Part shown: in pieces, positions 9,603 to 17,521 of the stretch | Layout: each line of letters begins with the position of its first letter | Position numbering within the stretch: the stretch's first letter is position 1 | From: Planctomycetota bacterium | GTDB taxonomy: Bacteria; Planctomycetota; PUPC01; JACPCR01 | Direction of reading: 5' to 3' | DNA length: 64,000 bases | Assembly: GCA_016179685.1 (NCBI GenBank) | Contig: JACPCR010000088.1 | Coordinates: forward strand, 627-64,626 | Translations under genes and position numbers: made by a program | Notes under the pieces: model-generated | Told to the model about the DNA's origin: nothing | The model's input: only the letters and a program-made list of their open reading frames with translations | The model's database searches: none

Positions 9603-10655
9603 TCACCAGGGCTTCCGGAGGGGCTGCTCGCTGAGGGTGCGAAGGGCCTGCATGGGGGAATGTTCCCAGGCGGGGAGTGGCCACTCGATCTTTCGGCGCT
9701 CGAGGGCGGATGCGCACAGGGCCTCGCACATCTCGAAGGAGGCGCGGGCGTGGCGGAGGCTGCACGGCGGCTCGAAGCCAGGTTTTTCAAGAGCATCCAA
9801 GAGGCTCTGGGAAAGTTCCTTTTGGGCCTGCGGCACGACGCCCGGTGTGGTCCAGGATTCGTTGGTGATCTCCCATTCGGACAGGCCTCGAATCCACGTT
9901 CGGCCGCCTTCGAGGATGTCAACGTGTCCGTGCCCGCCTTCGCCCCAGACGTCGAGCTGGTAGGCGAGGGCGCCCGCGGCGGGATTGAAGCGCGCTGTGG
10001 GCGAGTCGGGCCCGAGCCGGATGAACGCCTCGAGTCCGCCATCGAAATGGAACGAGCCGAACATTTCCGTTGGGCCAGGGTGCATGCCTTCCCTCCAGCC
10101 CCAGGCCTGGCCCACGGCGGCCTGCGGAAGTTCTTGCCCTGCAAAGGCATAAAGCTGGTCGCACAGGTGCGTGCCCTGATCGAGCGCAACCAGCCGGCTG
10201 GTGACCAGGATGCGTTCAATCCGGCCGAGGGCACCGGAACGAACGCGTTCCCGTAGCTTGCGCCACGCCGGGAGATACCGCGTCTGGTAGTTGACGATGC
10301 AGAGGACACCGTTCTGACGGACCGCCTCCTCCATGAGGGTATGCTCGGGCAGGCCGAGTGCCGCGGGTTTTTCGACGAGGATGCCTCGTACTCCGGCTTC
10401 ACACGCCTTCCGGATGACTTCGAGGCGCAGGTTGGGCTGGAGAGCGATGGACACGATGTCGGGCCGGGCGTGCTCGAGGAGGTCCCGGTAGTGTCCGAAG
10501 GTGTCGGATGCCGAGAGGGCCTTGGACACGGCCGACCGGCGCTCCGGATCGAGGTCGGCGACGGCGACCACCTTGCAGCCGGGCAGGGCGTTCCAGGCCT
10601 CGCCATGTGCGCGGCCGCGGTGTCCGCACCCGATGATTCCCACACGAGTGCTCAT
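9603..10655 (-). CDS. Gfo/Idh/MocA-family NAD(P)-dependent oxidoreductase
   Basis: VGIIGCGHRGRAHGEAW...VVAVADLDPERR and EKP motif (ILVEKPAAL). The stop lies 3 nt from the start of the HAD gene, so the two look like an operon. Confidence 0.85.
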   Translation of the reverse strand: MSTRVGIIGCGHRGRAHGEAWNALPGCKVVAVADLDPERRSAVSKALSASDTFGHYRDLLEHARPDIVSIALQPNLRLEVIRKACEAGVRGILVEKPAALGLPEHTLMEEAVRQNGVLCIVNYQTRYLPAWRKLRERVRSGALGRIERILVTSRLVALDQGTHLCDQLYAFAGQELPQAAVGQAWGWREGMHPGPTEMFGSFHFDGGLEAFIRLGPDSPTARFNPAAGALAYQLDVWGEGGHGHVDILEGGRTWIRGLSEWEITNESWTTPGVVPQAQKELSQSLLDALEKPGFEPPCSLRHARASFEMCEALCASALERRKIEWPLPAWEHSPMQALRTLSEQPLRKPW

Positions 10656-10954
10656 AGGCTCTCATGTCCTCCAGAATAGGGGATCAGTGTCGAATGATTG
10701 TAGTGTTCCAAAAGCAAATGGATAGGAGGGTTTTTCTACCAAGTGTCACGCTGGCCAGCTCCTCGTGAAGAGCATCTCCAGGAGGGCGAAACGGTCCCCT
10801 GTGCTCCGGGCGGTATGAGTGGACAGGCCATATTTTCAAGGATCGCGAGACAGCCGCTCCAGGGCGTCAGCGGAATTCGTATTTTTCGCGTGGACGCTCC
10901 GTTCCCTGTCGCGATAAATAGAGAGAGAAAAGACGAGGTACCAGCTTTTTCCGC

Positions 10955-11560
10955 TTGACGGATATGGCTTCAGGTACTCGAGTTCAGAAGTGCCGCTGCA
11001 CTTTTGAGGCGACCGTCGGGTTTGTTCAACATGATCTGCCGGTTTTCTTGGGCACAACCGCTGTCGCAGCCGTTTGCGCTCCCATGATGCTGAGGACTTC
11101 TTTCGGCAGAAGAGTGTTCCACTGGGTGCTGCTCCATATCCCCGTGGTGGGCCGGATGATTCGCATGTGGCGTGGGGCCGCGGGATGCCGCGAACTGACC
11201 CCGCTGCTGCGCCATGGCGTACCGCTGATGGACGCCCTCCGGTGTGTTCGGGAAGCTGAATCCAATACGGAGATCGCGGTCTGGTGGGGTCGGGTCGCTG
11301 GTCCGGTCCGCTGTGGCGAGCCTCTGTTTCGGTCGCTGCGCCGACATCTCAAGCTGGAGCCATGGCTGGTGTATGTGGTGGAAACAGGAGAAGAGACCGC
11401 GCGGTTGCCTGAGGCGTTGGACCGGGTTGCCGCGGGGTGTCAGGACGAGTTCAATGTCGTGACCGAGCGTCTCTACGCGGTGACCGACGTCTTTCACACG
11501 CTCCTGTCAGGCCCAGGGGTGGGCTTCTTCGTCCTTGTGACCTTGCCCAGCCCTCCATGA
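10955..11560 (+). pseudogene. orphan C-terminal half of a GspF/PilC (T2SSF domain) platform protein
   Basis: IPVVGRMIRMWRGAAGCRELTPLLRHGVPLMDALRCV...GEPLFRSLRRH..LEPWLVYVVETGEETARLPEALDRVA matches a single T2SSF repeat plus flanking TM segments. Full-length GspF/PilC proteins carry two such repeats. No GspE ATPase or pilin genes are nearby. Confidence 0.55.
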
Positions 11561-11642
11561 CTTGCGGGGATCACGGCCCGTGATAGAGAGTAACGACAAG
11601 AACCGTTTCGCTGAACACTCTCGGAATTTCAATCGCGATCTT

Positions 11643-11660
11643 GTTCCTGCAAGCAGGAAC
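11643..11660. terminator. perfect 8-bp hairpin GTTCCTGC-AA-GCAGGAAC between two convergent 3' ends
   Basis: Seen directly in the sequence. It lies between the T2SSF fragment end (11560) and the NTase gene end (11693). There is no clear T-run. Confidence 0.3.
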
Positions 11661-11692
11661 GGCGACCCGGGAGAAGCGATGCGTCAGGGCGG

Positions 11693-12166
11693 TCATGAGG
11701 AGTGTTTTTGCATCCAATATTCTCGGAAAGCGCGGAGGCGAGGCAGAGACTCCAGGTCCTTACGCCGATGAGTCGCCGCCTTGCTGGCGATGATGTCGTC
11801 GATATGGCAGACCGGGAAGCCCTCCACCTCGACGCGCCTGTTCCACGCGAGATCGAAGCCTTCGATCCCGTCGGGAGCGAACACCAGGTCGAGATCGAAC
11901 GGTCCATTCTTGAGTTGTACGAAATCCTTGCCGCGTTCGATGTCATTCGCCTGAGCCTCGGTCAGTGCGAATCCGAGCTCGCGGAGCGCAGGAACGAGTG
12001 CTCGACCATTAGCCGGAGACCGGTCAACAAAGAGGTCCGCATCCTGGGTCGTGTCGGGGAACCCGAGCAGGATAGCGCCTGATTTTCCAATGAAGAGATA
12101 TCGGCAGCCATGCCTGCTGAGGGCGTCGCGAATTTCTTGAGCCTGGCGGTATTCAAACGCGGCCAT
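11693..12166 (-). CDS. minimal nucleotidyltransferase-fold protein (MNT/AbiEii/DUF6036-like)
   Basis: The G-S...DxD arrangement LFIGKSGAILLGFPDTTQDADLFVD is typical of the pol-beta NTase fold. ATG 12166 overlaps the upstream ORF stop by 14 nt (ATGGCCGCGTTTGA). GTG 12196 from the ORF track is an alternative start. Confidence 0.55.
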   Translation of the reverse strand: MAAFEYRQAQEIRDALSRHGCRYLFIGKSGAILLGFPDTTQDADLFVDRSPANGRALVPALRELGFALTEAQANDIERGKDFVQLKNGPFDLDLVFAPDGIEGFDLAWNRRVEVEGFPVCHIDDIIASKAATHRRKDLESLPRLRAFREYWMQKHSS

Positions 12167-12377
12167 ATCCCAACCAATCGGGCAGGTTTTCTTCACACCA
12201 CCGGCGATAATCGCTCATCGTGTCGAAAGCGCGGTAAGGGACATCATCCAGCACGGGCTTGTAAGTCCGGATGAAGGCATAGCGCATTCGCAATGCGAGT
12301 GGCCGGCGAGACGCGGCCTCGAATTCTTCGAGCCATTCAGGCGGTATCCAAGGCTTTTCGGCGGATTGAGGTTGCAT
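12153..12377 (-). CDS. 74-aa partner protein of the NTase (candidate antitoxin/adaptor), unknown family
   Basis: The ORF is translationally coupled to the NTase gene. I recognised no motif other than an acidic/Trp-rich C-terminus (DYRRWCEENLPDWLGYGRV). Confidence 0.45.
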   Translation of the reverse strand: MQPQSAEKPWIPPEWLEEFEAASRRPLALRMRYAFIRTYKPVLDDVPYRAFDTMSDYRRWCEENLPDWLGYGRV

Positions 12378-12413
12378 GCTGGGTCGGTCCGGAAACCCGT
12401 TTCGTCAGTACGG

Positions 12414-12432
12414 TCTATTATACGGCAATAGA
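12414..12432 (-). promoter_or_regulatory. candidate promoter/operator of the NTase module: perfect TATAAT (minus strand, 12417..12422) embedded in the inverted repeat TCTATT/AATAGA
   Basis: The minus-strand sequence reads CATCTATTGCCGTATAATAGACC, ~35 nt upstream of the 74-aa ORF start. No good -35 box was found. Confidence 0.3.
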
Positions 12433-12521
12433 TGAACTTCACAGCCGGCGTCACAGGGAAGGGGACTCCGGCCAGAGGAGGGGGAAGTCACGCTCGAAGT
12501 CGGCTGCTTCACTTCCGGCGA

Positions 12522-13787
12522 TCAGTGATCGCGTACCACCACGTACCCGCCCGCAGGCGCTTCGATCGTCGTGTCGGCAAAGCTGAAGCTCGGCACGTCC
12601 ATGCCCTGCCGCAGCGTCGCTCGGATCGGTTCGTCCGTCGGATTGTTCACGGCCACACGGCACTCGAACGGCTGATCCCGCAATACCGTGAACTCCAGAA
12701 TCAGGTCCGGCCGATCGCACTGCACAGGATGGCCGATCCGGCAATGGGTGGCGGCCGCGGCGTCCGGGTAGACCGAGAGATGCGCCAGGTCGCGGTCGTC
12801 GAGCCCGACTTGGCGATAAACGTTGCGCCCGTCCGTGTAGAAACCCTGAGAGGCGCCGGCGACCTGGACCTCCCCGACGGTCCAGTTCGGGTTGAAGCCG
12901 TGGAAACGGAATCCGAGCGGCAGGTTCACTCGCCATCCGGGGTTGGGCACTTCGAAATCCACCACGCCATTTTCGGCCTCGATCTCGATGAGGCCAAACT
13001 GGGAAATGGGCTTGCCGCGCCTCACGTTGAGGCCGCATCCGTTCTCGCCGGTGAGCCCGAAATAGCGTCGCAGGCTCTCGATGCGCATCGTGTTGATCGC
13101 CGGCTCGTCCAGCGCGTCGTAAACGGTGAGGAAGCGGTAGGAGAAGGACTCGCCGGCCTTGCGGGGCCCCAGGGGCGGGCTGGTCACCCACCAGGCCCCG
13201 AAGGCCCGGGTGGCCCGGGCGCGCATCGGCTTTTCATCCGCGTTGAAGAAATAGGTCGGCAGCCCGATCCTGGACGGCAGCAAGGCGACGGTGCCGCCGG
13301 GCTCGAGGTTGAAGGGGCCGCCGCCTGCGGGGCCGAGTCCTGCCGGCGCATGCGGGCCGTCGAAAGTATCCGCGAGGCCCAGGCCCATGACGCCGCCGCC
13401 CGTCTGGAGCGCCAGCAGCGGGACGTTGTCGCCATCCCGCGGAAAGCTGTGGGGCAGGAGCGAGGCATAGTGCACCAGCTCCACGTCCAGGTCGCGCCGG
13501 AGCGTGACGACGCCCTCATAAAGGGCAGCGCTGCCGCCTGTCCGTTCGGGGTACATCGCCCAGCCATCGAGGCTGACGCCAGCGGGCCGCTGAAGAAACT
13601 GCGTCCGGCGCAGGTGCGCCGTGAAGAGTCGGCTGGGCGAGACGGGCCCGAGCGTGTGGTAGGCATTGGCCACGACGCCGGGCGCATACTCGTGCTCGGT
13701 GTCCGCCGCGGCATTCGCCACCGTGTCGTCGGTGCAGGTCGGGTACTGGTTGCTTTCCATGAGAAGGGCGCAGAGGATCAATCCCAA
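12522..13787 (-). CDS. hypothetical protein (421 aa), no recognisable domain
   Basis: A long ORF with non-antisense-like composition, starting with TTG 6 nt after the stop of the upstream small secreted protein gene. ATG 13760 is an alternative start. Confidence 0.55.
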   Translation of the reverse strand: MGLILCALLMESNQYPTCTDDTVANAAADTEHEYAPGVVANAYHTLGPVSPSRLFTAHLRRTQFLQRPAGVSLDGWAMYPERTGGSAALYEGVVTLRRDLDVELVHYASLLPHSFPRDGDNVPLLALQTGGGVMGLGLADTFDGPHAPAGLGPAGGGPFNLEPGGTVALLPSRIGLPTYFFNADEKPMRARATRAFGAWWVTSPPLGPRKAGESFSYRFLTVYDALDEPAINTMRIESLRRYFGLTGENGCGLNVRRGKPISQFGLIEIEAENGVVDFEVPNPGWRVNLPLGFRFHGFNPNWTVGEVQVAGASQGFYTDGRNVYRQVGLDDRDLAHLSVYPDAAAATHCRIGHPVQCDRPDLILEFTVLRDQPFECRVAVNNPTDEPIRATLRQGMDVPSFSFADTTIEAPAGGYVVVRDH

Positions 13788-13793
13788 TCGGAA

Positions 13794-14078
13794 CTACCTG
13801 CCCTTGTCCGCCTTGACCTCGATGGAAGTGGCGACCATGCGGTACTCGATGGTGACCTTTCCGCCGACCTTGAGCTCGCCCGTGACCTTCGTATTCGCGT
13901 CGCGGCCGATTTCCCACTTCTCTTCGCCTTTCTGGACCATGATCACGCCGTCCGTCAGCTCCAGGACGGGACCGGTGACCTGATACTTCTTCGCACTCGC
14001 AGCGAAGAGGACGACAGGGACCGAAAGAATGGCGGCGATCAAGCCGAACAGAAGCCAACGGCAGGACGCTGAACGCAT
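13794..14078 (-). CDS. small secreted beta-rich protein (94 aa)
   Basis: Signal-peptide-like N-terminus MRSASCRWLLFGLIAAILSVPVVLFAASA, followed by a Lys/Gly/Val-rich pattern (KVTGELKVGGKVTIEY) that suggests a small beta-barrel. Confidence 0.55.
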   Translation of the reverse strand: MRSASCRWLLFGLIAAILSVPVVLFAASAKKYQVTGPVLELTDGVIMVQKGEEKWEIGRDANTKVTGELKVGGKVTIEYRMVATSIEVKADKGR

Positions 14079-14585
14079 GGCCTACTCCTTTCCACAAACG
14101 GGGTTACGGGGCTGCTGAACTCCCTCTCCGCGACGGGATGAGCAGAACACACCTTTGTAACGGTTTCGAAATCTGTTGTAAAGGCCGGTAGAAGCCCGCG
14201 GACACAGACGCTTCGTTACTTCTGGCTTGATTGTAACTGTTCTTGGCTTAGACTGAATCGTACTCACAGGCGCCCGCACGACACGTTTCTTCACATCCGT
14301 CATTCAGCACCTGACTGGATGGCATCTCCGGCAGGGTCCCTAGCCCGCATTTCACACGCGATGTGTTCGAAATGCGTCCTGCGGGTTTCGACACGAACGA
14401 CTTGCGCCGTTCTCGCTCAGTGCTAACCCGGATCGAGATGCCAGGAAGGCCGGGTTGAAGCCTGCACTGCAACGGATTGCTGCACAGGCGGATATCGAGC
14501 GTGCCGCTGTGACTTGTGAGAAATCCAGGCTAGCGTTCTCGAGCCTAACCCGGGTTGATCCAATCGCTCCTCTTCTGAAATCAGG

Positions 14586-16766
14586 GTGAGCCCGATGGTG
14601 ACATCGTCCGAGAGCCTACCTGCCGGCGAAACCGAGGTTGGGGGGATGCGGAACGAGTGGATACGCCGCCTCTTCGAATACTCTCCCGATGCCTTCGTGG
14701 CCATGGATTCCGATGGCCGGATCACGGAATGGAATCGGCAGGCGGAAGCGGTCTTCGGATGGTCCCGATCCGAGGCCCTGGGCCGCATCATGAGCGAGAC
14801 GATCATCCCGCCCGCCTTGAGAGAGGCGCACCACGCGGGTTTTCAGCGTTTCCTCGCCACGGGCGAGGGGCCGGTTCTGAACCGCCGGGTGCAAATGATG
14901 GCCCTGCACCGCTGGGGGCACGAGTTTCCCGTGGAGCTGGTGATCACGCCGTTACGTCTGGACCGTGGCCACCTTTTCTGCGCGTTCATCCACGACATCA
15001 CGGAGCGCAAGAAGGCCGAGGAGGCGCGCAGCCGCTTGGCGGCCATCGTGGAAGGCTGCGACGATGCGATCATCGGGAAGACGCAGGACGGGGTGATCGT
15101 GAGCTGGAATCCCGGTGCGGAACGGCTCTTCGGGTATACGGCGGCAGAGGTCATCGGGAAGCCGATCTCGATCCTGACTCCCCGCGGCTGGACGGAGGAG
15201 TCCTTGCGCATCCTGGACAAGACCCGCCATGGGGAAGGCGTGGAGCATCATGAGACCATCCGGCAACGGAAAGACGGCCGATTGGTCGACGTATCCCTGA
15301 CGATCTCGCCCATCCGGGACTCGAAGGGGAGGGTGGTCGGCGCATCGACCATCGCCCGGGACATCACGGAACGGAAGCGCGCAGAGGAGGCCTTGCGCCG
15401 CGCTCACGAGGATCTGGAACTGCGGGTGCGGATGCGGACCGTGGAGTTGGAGAAGGCGAACCAGGCGCTCGAGGCCGAAATCCTTGAACGCCAGAAAATC
15501 GAGGCGGCCCTCAGCGAGAGCGAGGAACTGTTCCGGAACATGGCGGATACCGCGCCGGTGCTGATCTGGCTTTCGGACTCGACGTCGGCCCGGACGTTTT
15601 TCAACCGGCCCTGGCTGGAGTTCCGGGGCCGCACGCTGGCCGATGAGCTGGGCCAAGGCTGGTTATCCGGCGTCATCGCCGATGATCGCCCGTCGTATCT
15701 TGAGACCAGCACGGCGGCGATCGACGCCCGCAAGCCTTTCCGGATCGAATACCGCCTCCGGGGGCGCGAGCTCGGCCCCCGGTGGGTGCTCGAGACCGGC
15801 GTGCCTCGGTTCGCCGCCGCCGGCACCTTCTTGGGCTACATCGGGTCCTGCATCGACATCACGGACCGGCGGGCGGCGGAGGAGGCGCTGCGGGCGGCCC
15901 GGGACCGTCTCGAGGAACGGGTGCTCGAACGCACATCGGAGCTGGCGGAGACGGTTCATGACCTTCGCTCAGAGGTGATCGCCCGGACGCAGGCGGAGGG
16001 GGACTTGAAGGTCTTGAACGAGACGCTGGAGGAGCGCGTGGCGGAGCGGAGCGCCGCGGCAGAAGCCCACGCCAAGGAACTCGCCCGATCGAATGCGGAC
16101 CTCCAGCAGTTCGCCTACGTGGCCTCTCACGACCTCCAGGAGCCCCTGCGCATGGTCGCCAGCTTCACGGACCTTCTGGCGAAGCGTTACCGGGACAAGC
16201 TGGACGCCTCGGCCGACGAGTACATCCATTACATCCTCGACGGTGTGAACTGGATGCAGGCGCTCATCCGCGACCTCCTGGCCTACTCGCGGGTCGGCAC
16301 CCATGGCCAGCCCTTCGAGCCCACCGGCTCGAAGGACGCGCTGGAGCGGGCCATGGCGCACCTCTGCGTGGCCATCGAAGGGAACGGAGCGGCCGTCACT
16401 TGCGATCCCCTCCCCCAGGTGATGGCGGACCCCATCCAGCTTACGGAAGTCTTTCAGAATCTAATCGGGAATGCGCTCAAGTTCCGGGGGCCCGATGCGC
16501 CGCGAGTGCACGTCTCCGCCATGCATCAGGGATCGGAATGGGTCTTCTTCGTGCGCGACAACGGCATCGGCATCGATCCGAGCCAGGCCGGCCGCCTGTT
16601 TCAGATATTTCAAAGGCTGCATGGACGGGCGGATTACGCCGGCACGGGCGTGGGCCTCGCCATCTGCAAGAAAATTGTGGAGCGGCACGGTGGCCGCATC
16701 TGGATGGAGTCCCGGCCTGGCAAGGGTTCGACCTTTTTCTTCACCCTGCGCGGCGTGGAAGAGTGA
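14586..16766 (+). CDS. multi-PAS sensor histidine kinase
   Basis: Several PAS-like units are followed by DITERK linkers. There is a coiled-coil region, the H-box ASHDLQEPLRMV, and ATPase boxes NLIGNALKF, VRDNGIGID, GTGVGLAICKKIVERHGGRIW. Confidence 0.9.
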   Translation: MSPMVTSSESLPAGETEVGGMRNEWIRRLFEYSPDAFVAMDSDGRITEWNRQAEAVFGWSRSEALGRIMSETIIPPALREAHHAGFQRFLATGEGPVLNRRVQMMALHRWGHEFPVELVITPLRLDRGHLFCAFIHDITERKKAEEARSRLAAIVEGCDDAIIGKTQDGVIVSWNPGAERLFGYTAAEVIGKPISILTPRGWTEESLRILDKTRHGEGVEHHETIRQRKDGRLVDVSLTISPIRDSKGRVVGASTIARDITERKRAEEALRRAHEDLELRVRMRTVELEKANQALEAEILERQKIEAALSESEELFRNMADTAPVLIWLSDSTSARTFFNRPWLEFRGRTLADELGQGWLSGVIADDRPSYLETSTAAIDARKPFRIEYRLRGRELGPRWVLETGVPRFAAAGTFLGYIGSCIDITDRRAAEEALRAARDRLEERVLERTSELAETVHDLRSEVIARTQAEGDLKVLNETLEERVAERSAAAEAHAKELARSNADLQQFAYVASHDLQEPLRMVASFTDLLAKRYRDKLDASADEYIHYILDGVNWMQALIRDLLAYSRVGTHGQPFEPTGSKDALERAMAHLCVAIEGNGAAVTCDPLPQVMADPIQLTEVFQNLIGNALKFRGPDAPRVHVSAMHQGSEWVFFVRDNGIGIDPSQAGRLFQIFQRLHGRADYAGTGVGLAICKKIVERHGGRIWMESRPGKGSTFFFTLRGVEE

Positions 16767-16770
16767 CGAC

Positions 16771-17508
16771 ATGCCCGATCATCCCCTTCGCATCCTGCTC
16801 GTCGAGGATAACCTCGGAGACGCCAAGCTGCTCCAGGAGGCCCTCGAAGAGCGCGGAGACTTCCTTCACCGCTTGACGCACGTCACGCGGCTGGAACAGG
16901 CCCTGGAGGCCGTCAGCCGGCAGGAACTGGACGTGGTTCTGCTGGACCTGATGCTCCCGGACAGCGAGGGGCTGGAGACTTTTCGCCGGCTGCAGCACGC
17001 GGCCCCGGAGACGCCGGTGGTCGTCTTCTCAGGGCTCGCCATCGAGGACCTCGCCGTCCAGGCGGTCGAGGCGGGCGCCCAGGATTACCTGATCAAGGGA
17101 CGGACCAGCAGCGAAGTCCTCGCCCGATCCCTCCGATATGCCGTCAAGCGGAAGGAGGTCGAAAAGGCCCTGCTCCTGAGCGAGCTGAACCGGTCGCGGA
17201 GCGAGACCATCTTGCAGACCTCCATCACGCTGGACCACGAGATCAACAACGCACTGCAGGTGGTCATCGGCCAGACGGAAATCCTGCTCGACAAGATACC
17301 GGAGTCGTTCGAGGACTGGCGGCGGGACCTCGGGACGGTCCGGGAGAGCAGTCTCCGCATCGCGGAGGTGCTGCGGCAGCTTTCCGAAGTGACCACGCCG
17401 GTCACCAAGACCTATCTGGGCACGACCCAGATGCTGGACCTGGAACGGTCGTCGCACAGGAATGAGAACGAATCCGGGCCGAGGGACAGGGATCCGTCGG
17501 AAGCCTGA
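16771..17508 (+). CDS. response-regulator receiver fused to a DHp-like (HisKA-like) helical domain with no ATPase domain
   Basis: REC features: ILLVEDNLGDAKLL, DVVLLDLMLPD, PVVVFSG, YLIKG. The C-terminal part ITLDHEINNALQVVIGQTEILL resembles an H-box/DHp helix. ATG 16771 lies 4 nt after the kinase stop; the ORF-track N-terminal extension overlaps the kinase and was discarded. Confidence 0.8.
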   Translation: MPDHPLRILLVEDNLGDAKLLQEALEERGDFLHRLTHVTRLEQALEAVSRQELDVVLLDLMLPDSEGLETFRRLQHAAPETPVVVFSGLAIEDLAVQAVEAGAQDYLIKGRTSSEVLARSLRYAVKRKEVEKALLLSELNRSRSETILQTSITLDHEINNALQVVIGQTEILLDKIPESFEDWRRDLGTVRESSLRIAEVLRQLSEVTTPVTKTYLGTTQMLDLERSSHRNENESGPRDRDPSEA

Positions 17509-17521
17509 GCTTTAGAGCGCT

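Noticed and set aside
8562-10256. 564-aa plus-strand ORF (and the 433-aa/269-aa minus-frame ORFs) over the HAD and Gfo/Idh/MocA genes
   Set aside because: The HAD and Rossmann motifs clearly identify the real frames. The others are low-complexity Arg/Pro/Gly-rich shadows.
12432-14072. 546-aa plus-strand ORF covering the 421-aa and 94-aa genes
   Set aside because: It is antisense to ORFs that have a signal peptide and normal composition. Its translation is Arg/Gly/Ala/Pro-rich with no motifs, which is the typical shadow ORF of a high-GC genome.
16471-16770. N-terminal 100 codons of ORF 16471..17508
   Set aside because: This part overlaps the 3' end of the histidine kinase in another frame. 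The receiver domain starts at ATG 16771, right after the kinase stop.
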